A stretch of 64,000 nt of DNA from Amphiscolops sp. MND2022 (lineage: Eukaryota), in contig OZ076409.1 of assembly GCA_964187785.1 (NCBI GenBank), forward strand, positions 35,838,001 through 35,902,000, given 5' to 3'. A model generated the notes under the pieces. The model did not search any database, was not told the origin of the DNA, and was given only the letters and a program-made list of their open reading frames with translations. Shown here in pieces: positions 50,801-59,928 of this stretch. Positions within the stretch are counted from its first letter, which is position 1; each line of letters begins with the position of its first letter. The position numbers and the translations under genes were made by a program.

Positions 50801-51411
50801 GATATCGAATACTCTTGTCGATTTCATCCTAAAAGTATGTGCACTTTCTATTCGCGAAGAAAATATTTATTTGTTCAAATACTTCTGCAACAGGAATTCG
50901 ATTTTAACCACTATTACTATTCACAGAATGATCACAACAAATTATAGCAACCCAGTTCTTCATAGGGGTACGAAAACATTCGAAGGGATAACGTCATAAA
51001 GTCCACCGAGAATAATCTCTGAGGAAATACAATCTAAACTGAGGAAAGAAGAAAAACTAGGATAAAAGTCGATAATGTATTATTATTTATCAAGAAAAGA
51101 TCACCGTCTGAACACTTGGCGAAACTTTAAAAAACATCAGTGGCATTATTAGTGTCCCGCAGCTGCTACTGGCTGCAAATGGAAGTCTTGCGAGGGCGGG
51201 TGTGCATACAACAAGTATGTCCTCTAGAAGTTTTTTTGTCTATTTCACACTTACCCTTTCTGGGCTACAAGTCAAACACTCTTCATTCAGCTGTTTCAGC
51301 TGAAAAAGAATCGAACTTCATTGTCACGAAGTTTGGATAAACGTGGTAAACCAGAAAAAAATCAAAAAAGGCATCCAAAACATTAGACTAATCCCGAAAA
51401 ATGTTTTCAAG

Positions 51412-54110
51412 GGTTATGAGGGCCCAGCACCTTACCAGACAACGAAATTTAGTTAGCTGATCAACGCCTCAACTGTGCAAACAAGGTGACGGCACTATCG
51501 ACAAAAGAAGTTGCTGTTTCGTGGAAGAGAGGACAGCTTCCTCATATTTCTGGGACAGTTCGAAGCACGATTCCATGCCTTGATATCTTTTTCACTGGCT
51601 CCTGGATAGAATCAAGGCAACACCTCATAAGTTCGTAGACACGACTTACAAACGATTCAAGCAAGATGAGGAAGGAGCAGATCTGCAAAAATTTTATTTC
51701 ATGGTGTACTGCGAGCTGGTACAGTACCTTGACAAGGCAAGCATCATCATAGTCAGAGGAAGTAGTCCAATTGGAACTGTAAATTGGGCAGCTCCGACGA
51801 TGTTCGACTAATCAACTCAACGTTATCGTGTTCAGTACATGAATACTCAGTCACTGCTCTCAAAATGACTTAAAGGGTGAAGTGATTGACACTTTGACTA
51901 AGCCGAAGGACTCAACCTCGACTCGGCTGTAACGGGCAAGTGTGATTCAACACAGCGAAGTTCTATACGAGATGAATCAGGGCTTGGTCATTTTCGCAGC
52001 AACCAACGTCTTGATGGTCCCAGTGAGACGCCCGTGAGCAACCATTCATCATTAAACTTCTTCAGATTCCGGGTCTCACGCAGGACTGCACGCTGCAACA
52101 AGCAGAGCATTTAGTTTCTCAAACTCGTCGGGTGTAACGGCTTCAAAATCAAGAAAACGTAGCGTTTCTCTGACAAAGAACAGGTTGTGCTGGCAGACCC
52201 ATGCAATGCTAACAGCTGTCGCTTAGATTGCAAGGGACATGGAACAGTGGGATGCTGGGTGAAGGACAAAAACGTTCCATTTTTGTCTACTGGAACTAAA
52301 GGATGCCTCCTGTTTGTCATCCCACTAGATGAAGCTGGTTTTATAGAAACTATTGACAGTTAAGGGCCTATGTTCATTTAAGTGACAATCTAAAATCAAG
52401 ATGCACAAAGGAAAGGTGATGCAAATGTGATTGAAAGCCGAACTTGTTAGATCATCCTATACACACAGTGTCGCTGGCAATAATGTTTCGCTCAATGGAA
52501 CACTGTGGATTGGCCACATTTCGAACGATTTGACTAGTTTGCAGCACCAGGTCGATATCATGAATATTTCTGGTTCTAGAAACGAGGCGAACTGCAACAT
52601 TTGCTCAAAAAAAGCCCTCAACCATCCGAATGACACAGCACACGAGCAAAAACAAAACTGGGTAACGTTCAAACAGACGTGCTTGGACTAATTCACCAAG
52701 AATCTCACGAGGTTTTTTGCTATTTAGTGGTTTTCATGAACAGTTAAAGCTGTTTCAGTGCGGTGTACCCTTAAAAACGAAAGAAAGACGAGGTGATAGC
52801 AACGTTGCAACGACTCATCGGTGTAGGCCAGCCTGGCACTCTCGTCTATCACGGCGATCTGGAGTTCAAATCAAAGCAGGAACTTGTTGACACCAAATGT
52901 AGTAAAAGAATTTCTGCAAAGTTTTCTAGTCAAAATTTTGTGCACCGTACACACCCGATCAAACTGGAAAACTTGACCGAGCATAAGGCAGCGTGACTGC
53001 ACGATGCGATGCTTGATTGCAAATGCAAGTTTCCAAAACAGTTGTGATCTTTTGCACATTTCATTGTGTCCCCTTTTTGAAGGATCGATCAATCGATTCG
53101 GCCCACGGCTATACTACATTTGGGATATTGCACGGTAGCAACGTCTGACAATTCACATCTTCAATTGTTTGGGTGTAAGTGGATTGTCCACAAAAAAGTT
53201 TAAAAAAAGCTAGACAGCAAAAGACAGCAGACCATTCAATTGGAAGATAGCGAAAATTCCAAAGGATATGCAGTGAACTCAACAGATGGGTGAGAGACGA
53301 GGGCATCAAAGGTCCTATTGTCACAAAACGGTACCTCCAACAACGATGAGTTCCTTATCAATGTGGTTTCGGAGTCACCCGAGAGGAGTGCGAAAACGAC
53401 GACTCCAAGGAAACCGTAACACTTTGTTGTTTATGTAACAAAACAATTTAGAGAAGGTGACATTCACTGTGATGCTTTGATTTGAAATGACCTTCGAAGT
53501 TGTGAAAAATTCGCCCTTGTGGATCTCAACTGGGAAGCAGCGGGTACTTGTAGTTCTGATTACGCCAACTGCAATGACTATGGACGAAGCATTTTAGTTT
53601 CTGCTGTTTGTGCTACAAGACGAGCTACAAAATTTAGTGAACTGCTTGACAATATACGTCTGCAGCAAGATCAGCCACCGAGGCCGAAGTCCATACCGTG
53701 AGCAAAGGTGTCAAGGAACAGATGCATTTGCGTTGAACTCTGGAGTCCTTTGAGGAATTCGTTGAGAGGACTTTGTTCACGGACACTTAGTCATGTTCAG
53801 CATTAGCAACCAAATATCACAACCGTGCCCTACACGAAACACTTTGCATTGTCTTTTGACTTGTTTGCGGGAGACTGACTTGTTTGCGCTGACTTGTTTG
53901 CGCTGACATTTTAACAAAAAGGCGGCATTAGACGAAGACGACACATAACTTTACTCGGCTGTCGGCTATGCGACCTGTCAAAATATCACATCTCCCACGC
54001 AAGGCGGGATCAATTGATTGAAAAGCAATGATCTTAGGCTTCAAGTACTTCCCGGATAACGTCGCACGTTCAAGTACCTCACTCTGCACTGCAACTTCCC
54101 TTGTATAAGA
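51412..54110 (+). mobile_element. Very old Copia remnant of a different family
   Basis: PBS-like ggttatgagggcccagc (51412-51428); pre-integrase-like LWIGH..CNIC (52431-52691); MRCLIANA (~53004-53030); SHLQLFGC..KKLDSK..SENSKGY (~53152-53270). RT not recognisable. Confidence 0.6.
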
Positions 54111-54170
54111 CATCAAAAATTTTGTTAACTGACAATTACCTATCATCGACCCTGTAGATGCTTCGGGATG

Positions 54171-55140
54171 AATTAGGTCCAGTTTGTAGAATACCAGTTT
54201 GTAGATTTTTACATACTGGTCCTAGGTGTTCCAGTTTGTAGAATTTATTTCTACAAACTGCATCATTGAATTCTACTATTTGTACATCCTTGACGCAAGA
54301 TCCTGAGAGCTCCACTGACTAAGATCTAAAGGAACAAGATCTAAAAACTGCAATGGGGGGTATATCCGGTGTATGCACCTCGCCCTCACTGTCGCAAAGA
54401 CCAGCTCCCAGAACTATCGCTTCGCGATCTCCGTTCCAACTAAGTCTATGCTCCTGTTCGACTGTTCGACCTCGCTTAGCAAGATGGGAGCATAGGTGGG
54501 CCCAAGGGGCCGCGGGGCACTGGAAGAAATGTGGACTTCTACAAAACTGGAGGGAATGGGAAACTCTACAAACTGGACCTCACTTTTCCACAAATTGGAC
54601 TCTACAAACTGGTTTTCTACAAACTGGTTAGGACCAGTTTGTAGAATACCAGTTTTTAGAATTCTGGAATTGAAGAAAAACAATAAGGCTAATAATGTAG
54701 GAATGATGCAAAGTATAAAACGTGCCTCGGACATTACCCCATTTCTTCTAGTGCCCAGCAACCCCTTGGGGCAGCTTACGCTCCCATCTTGCTAAGCGAG
54801 GTCGAACATGAGCAAAAAACCAGCGGGAACGGAGATCGCGAAGCGATCGTAGTGGGAGCTGGTCTTTGCGACGGTGAGGGCGATCGTGCATACACCGGAT
54901 ATGCCCCACATTTCAGTTCTTAGATCTTATTCCTTTAGACCTTGAGCAAGGGAGCTCTCAGCATCTTTTGTCAAGGATGTCCAGTTTGACAAATTTAACG
55001 ATCCAGTTTGTAGAATTTAATGATCCAGTTTGTAGAATTTGACAATCCAGTTTGTAGAAAAAAAATTCTACGAATTGGAGCACCTAGGACCAGTTTGTAG
55101 AACTCTACAAACTAGTTTTCTACAAACTGGACCTAAATCG
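54171..55140. mobile_element. Foldback/MULE-like element or head-to-head pair with ~360-400-bp inverted arms
   Basis: 54171-54532 is the diverged reverse complement of 54738-55138 (ttaggtccagtttgtagaa ... ttctacaaactggacctaa); ttctacaaactgg subrepeats; no TSD found. Confidence 0.8.
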
Positions 55141-55714
55141 AGAAGGGTCTCACATCGTCAACTTGTGCACTGAATCAGCTTACGAGTGGGCGAGGTCTTG
55201 AAGAGGTGATAACTCATGAGGAATTACCAAAAAGAATTGTCGTGAGGGAAAACACTACTTGCAGGTAGTTTCTATTTGATAAGCACTCATATGAAGCATA
55301 CATACAACAATTAGGCTAACATAAATAAAACAACATTATATACCAGTAATGATAACTACATATGTATTACATTCATAACTTTCATTTTAAAAACCAAAAA
55401 ACTGCAATAAACCATAAGGCTTATGGCTGCCGAACTATTTTTTTCCTCTATCAGATATCATGGATCTTCATCATCACTCAGGTGCCTTGTGCATCATCAT
55501 GTTGGGGGAGAAGACACACACCCGTGGTCATCAACGAAACTAGGGAACCCCATACCAGCGACTATCCCAGTAGACCAGTAACAAAATAAAACAACCAACA
55601 AACTACTCATACCAGCCACTGTTCCAGTCGACCGGTAGACTTTTTTTAAAGCTGCAATGATATACATGTTTTGAAAAAAAATTCAAATAAGTTTCAAAAT
55701 TTCTTCGAACACAT

Positions 55715-56729
55715 CTCTCGCTCACAGTTTCTAGAACACAGGCCGCATTGCCAATCTGAAGGGCCATTGAAATCCGTTGCTTCGAAAAGTTGTCAGCTCG
55801 TTGATCGTCGTGCGAACGAAAGAGCATTTTACAAAGACGCGTGATGAAAAATTCACTGCTCTCGCCTAAAAAACCCTGAACTCCCAAGGCCACCGGTTGA
55901 AAATTGTTTCCAATGTCTATTAATTCGCGATACTTCTCAATTTTACGCGCTTCAGCCTCGGTGGCGGTGGTTCCCGGGTTGCATAAAGAGGGGTAACTGT
56001 AAATAGAACGAATTTTTCATGTCGAAAGAACAGAGGCGGAACCTTTTGATCGAATTGCAGGGATCGAATGGAATGCGGTCGAATTTCATCGTAACCTTCG
56101 GGTCGAAAACGTTCTTTGTTTGCCTCAACTCGATTGACAAGCTAATTGTGGGGTATATGCTGTGTATTCACGCTCGCCCTCGCAAAGACCAACTCCCACT
56201 ACGATTGCTTCGCGATCTCCGTTCCCGCTGGGTTTTTGCTCCTGTTCGACCTCGCGTAGCAAGATGGGAACATAAGCGGCCCCAAGGGTCTGCGGGGCAC
56301 TAGAGGAAATGAGTACATATCCGGGACACGTTTTATACTTTTCTAGAAAATTCTATCTGCGGCAATTCGATTTGTTTGCCAAAAATCAAAAGTTCGATCC
56401 GAGTTGTTTCGATCCTATTCAAAAATATGGTATGTCGACCCGAGGACTAACTCTGATTTTCGTCCCGTTCCTTCGACTTATTTCCGCCCACTCCATAAAG
56501 AGCCTTGATTCAGTCAGCTGGTTGCAAGAGCATCCACATCAAGATAACACCGTCTGGGAGTTTGCCATCAGTTCGGTACAGTCCACGCGGTTCAAGCACT
56601 GAAGGCAAGTCGAGAGAACCCAACGTCTGGTTTATGAGAGAATTGAGTGTAGAATGACGTGAGAAGCGACCAGCAACCTTGGTGCAAGAAAGACCGTGTA
56701 AACCGTCCTGCTCAATTTTTACCACATTG
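55715..56729 (-). pseudogene. CRE-like non-LTR retrotransposon C-terminal restriction-like endonuclease (RLE) fragment, split by an insertion
   Basis: [37 protein letters not shown](L/R)PDG (56510-56729), continuing after the insert as CNPGTTATEAEARKIEKY..FQPVAL..G..QRISMALQIGNAACVL (55725-55985). Confidence 0.85.
55991..56493. mobile_element. 503-bp non-autonomous Mutator (MULE)-like insertion
   Basis: Exact 9-bp TSD CATAAAGAG (55982-55990, 56494-56502); imperfect termini GGGTAACTGTAAATA / rc GAGTGGGCGGAAATA; removing it rejoins the CRE reading (NQGSL-CNPG). Confidence 0.82.
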
Positions 56730-56911
56730 GCACGCGATTCCGGACGTTTCAGCAAAAGACGTTTTGGTAAAAACATGGCGGCGGACATTTCGGCAAAAAA
56801 ATATGCCGGAACCTCTCAGGCTAAAAACATTTGCCGAAACTTTTCGTATGATATGTGTGGCATATCGGGTGTATGCACGCTCGCCCTCACCGTCGCAAGG
56901 ACCAGCTCCTG

Positions 56912-57899
56912 CTACTTGCAGGTAGTTTCTATTTGATAAGCACTCATATGAAGCATACATACAACAATTAGGCTAACATAAATAAAACAACATTATATAC
57001 CAGTAATGATAACTACATATGTATTACATTCATAACTTTCATTTTAAAAACCAAAAAACTGCAATAAACCATAAGGCTTATGGCTGCCGAACTATTTTTT
57101 TCCTCTATCAGATATCATGGATCTTCATCATCACTCAGGTGCCTTGTGCATCATCATGTTGGGGGAGAAGACACACACCCGTGGTCATCAACGAAACTAG
57201 GGAACCCCATACCAGCGACTATCCCAGTAGACCAGTAACAAAATAAAACAACCAACAAACTACTCATACCAGCCACTGTTCCAGTCGACCGGTAGACTTT
57301 TTTTAAAGCTGCAATGATATACATGTTTTGAAAAAAAAATTCAAATAAGTTTCAAAATTTCTAAATTCCAAAAATCAAAAGTTCGATCCGAGTTGTTTCG
57401 ATCCTATTCAAAAATATGGTATGTCGACCCGAGGACTAACTCTGATTTTCGTCCCGTTCCTTCGACTTATTTCCGCCCACTCCATAAAGAGCCTTGATTC
57501 AGTCAGCTGGGTGCAAGAGCATCCACATCAAGATAACACCGTCTGGGCGTTTGCCATCAGTTCGGTACAGTCCACGCGGTTCAAGCACTGAAGGCAAGTC
57601 GAGAGAACCCAACGTCTGGTTTATGAGAGAATTGAGTGTAGCATGACGTGAGAAGCGACCAGCAACCTTGGTGCAAGAAAGACCGTGTAAACCGTCCTGC
57701 TCAACTTTTACCACATTGGCACGCGATTCCGGACGTTTCAGCAAAAGACGTTTTGGCAAAAACATGGCGACGGACATTTCGGCAAAAAAATATGCCGGAA
57801 CCTCTCAGGCTAAAAACATTTGCCGAAACGTTTCGTATGATATGTGTGGCATATCGGGTGTATGCACGCTCGCCCTCACCGTCGCAAAGACCAGCTCCC
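56912..57899. repeat. Local duplication of 55255-55702 joined to 56380-56910 (includes a second CRE RLE fragment at ~57483-57724)
   Basis: ORFs 55362-55589 and 57019-57246 are identical; ORFs 56510-56788 and 57499-57777 are near-identical. Confidence 0.93.
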
Positions 57900-58067
57900 A
57901 TTACGATCGCTTCGCGATCTCCGTTCCCGCTAGGTCTTTGCTCCTGTTCGACCTCCCTTAGCAAGATGGGAAAATAGGCGGCCCCAAGGGGCCGCGGAGC
58001 ATTAGAGGAAATGGGGATTTATCCGAGGCACGTTATTTGCTTTGCATCATTCCTACATTAATGGTCT
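57725..58067. mobile_element. Left arm of another MULE/foldback-like element (ggacgtttc.gcaaaa subrepeats plus shared core), cut by the Gypsy end
   Basis: Begins abruptly within the CRE zinc-knuckle coding sequence and carries the GC-rich core at 57847-58060; truncated copy at 56736-56910. Confidence 0.6.
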
Positions 58068-58200
58068 TGTAACGTTCCGAGATGATTGTTTTGTTGAATT
58101 TGAAGGATTTTCGGGACGCGTTGAGTTGACTGGAATGCTTTTTGAAGAAGGTTTTATATTGAAAATCAAATAAGGAGATACGTTGAGTTCGTGTTGTTAT
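58068..58200 (-). repeat. Probable distal part of the Gypsy 3' LTR
   Basis: Minus strand ends CGTTACA (TGTAACG on +) exactly where flanking repeat homology stops, and contains caatataaaa. The second LTR is not in the window. Confidence 0.5.
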
Positions 58201-58824
58201 CACTAGTACCACCCTGGTCTGGGTTGCTCAAGACACTCAATTTTCTGAAATTTCTTGTAATTTCTTCCACTGACGCATTATTGGGGACCAAAAGCAACTG
58301 ATACAGGTTAGATGATTCCATTTGTTTAAAATTTTCATGTAGCTGTGTAAGGTTCATTCGAAGTTCATCACACTGTCTTCTACCTTCGTCTAATTCGCCA
58401 AAAACATTTTCATAGTCATCTTGCCACACTTGTAATGTTCTTTTTAACTTCTTGAGTTCGTGTTTTTGCTCCTGGTTCTCCTTTGTAACTCCTGTGCCGC
58501 TTGTTGCCACAGGTACTTTTGTTGCCCCAACTTCTCGGCAGTGTGCTTCTCACGGGCTAACTCATCTTTGAAAGCTTGCAGTTGGTACTTGTGACTTTCG
58601 AGTTCTATGGCCACCGCTGCGACTGACGCCTTCAAGCTGGCTGCTTCCGTTTGGGTCATCTCGATTCTGCCGGTAATTGATGAAGGGAACAAAGTACCCG
58701 CTTCTGCCACCTTTCTGATCTTGCTAACAGACCCCTGCACTCTGTAGACCCCAGTCTTTACCACAGATTTGATGACAAAAACTTCAGGGAGGTAGTAAAC
58801 GCGATCATCCACATTGAAAGTCAT
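58166..58824 (-). pseudogene. Accessory ORF B: N-terminal module + coiled coil + truncated J-domain (one frameshift near 58510-58530)
   Basis: MTFNVDDRVYYLPE... (58444-58824 frame), then ...NLYQLLLVPNNASVEEITRNFRKLSVLSNPDQGG (58166-58510 frame), i.e. J-domain helices I-II with NPD in place of HPD. Confidence 0.8.
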
Positions 58825-59172
58825 CTAAAGGAGACAAAAAGACAACTGAAATGAACCAACAAGAAAAATGAAGCAGCATATATACATACATATATACATA
58901 TATAAACATATATATACATATATACAGATATATTTTGGCGTGATGATACCCATCTCTTTCGAGAACGACGCTCGTTCGTATAGTTCATTGCAGTTAGATC
59001 CAGTTTTAACAGAGCGAAGCCCGGTCTGAATTTTTCCTGAGGAGATGTAACCCATCTCTACTCAATCGAGCGCAACCCGTTCGCTAGTATTTCATTTGTT
59101 AAGGAACGAACCCCGTTCCCTCTTTTTTTAAATTTTTTCTAGAAATTTTTTTAATGTATATATATATTTGTT

Positions 59173-59928
59173 TTAGTCGCTCCACCTTGATTGTCTTGAC
59201 AACTCTTCCTCAGCACGCTCAAGTCCAAACAAGTTATACAATTCTCTGGCCATTTTATTTGAAAGTACGGAATAAGCTCTGTGGATAGATTTAAACTGTT
59301 CTTCGCAGCCATTCACATCGGCGTGAGTTAGAGACGCTAACTTCTTGTAATTCCGTTTGATTGTCTCTTCATCCGCATCTTCCTTGACGAAACGAACCTC
59401 ATTCAAGGTGAAAAGACGTTGAATCAAGGTTTTTTGCTTTATTTCTTTGATGAGTTTTTCAGTGACCTTAGCCTTCGCCCGTTCACTTCTAACAAGAGTT
59501 CTTTGCTTTTCCAAATCTTCGCTCAGTCGCCTTATCTTGTCTTTGTGTGTATGTACATCCATCTCAAGCTGGTGGATATACCTTCGTGCATCTTCAACCT
59601 CCCGATGCACGTTTCTTCCTTCACAATGTAGGCGCTCTTTCAGATTGTTCACTTCTGCCTTGGTGAGCTCCAACTCTTGTCGAATCCCGCCAAGTTGGGT
59701 GGTGGAAATGTCCGATCTCATCTTGATGTTGGATGGACTGAGGGTGTCTTCCGTTGCAATTTTTTGCATCCCCGAGACACATCCTTGAATTCGATACAAG
59801 CCCGGTCCCACTTTCGATTTGATTTGATGAAGTTCGGGCAAGTAGTATACATATTCATTTATACGGTTGTTTTCCATTTCTAAAAAAGTTAAAGGATTTT
59901 TAATGGTTTCATGATTCCTGTTTGTCAT
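59173..59928 (-). CDS. Accessory ORF A: N-terminal module + coiled coil + C-terminal DnaJ-type J-domain (251 aa)
   Basis: Uninterrupted ORF. VKEDADEETIKRNYKKLASLTHADVNGCEEQFKSIHRAYSVLSNKMARELYNLFG fits the J-domain consensus (A...IK.AY.KLA...HPD....E.FK.I..AY.VLS....R..YD..G); E/K/R/L-rich heptad middle region. Confidence 0.88.
   Translation of the reverse strand: MTNRNHETIKNPLTFLEMENNRINEYVYYLPELHQIKSKVGPGLYRIQGCVSGMQKIATEDTLSPSNIKMRSDISTTQLGGIRQELELTKAEVNNLKERLHCEGRNVHREVEDARRYIHQLEMDVHTHKDKIRRLSEDLEKQRTLVRSERAKAKVTEKLIKEIKQKTLIQRLFTLNEVRFVKEDADEETIKRNYKKLASLTHADVNGCEEQFKSIHRAYSVLSNKMARELYNLFGLERAEEELSRQSRWSD

Noticed and set aside
50975..55258. LTR pair for the old + strand Copia (50980-51035 vs 55200-55258)
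   Set aside because: Only faint similarity over ~55 bp with no clear TG..CA ends; not supportable by eye.
59100..59130. Purine run as the Gypsy 3' PPT, which would put ORF B inside the LTR
   Set aside because: Not followed by TG and contains a C; cannot be tested without the 5' LTR.
59173..59928. ORF A as an ordinary host DnaJ gene
   Set aside because: Intronless, overlaps the env tail, has a tandem paralog and lies inside the apparent element boundary; not formally excluded without other copies.
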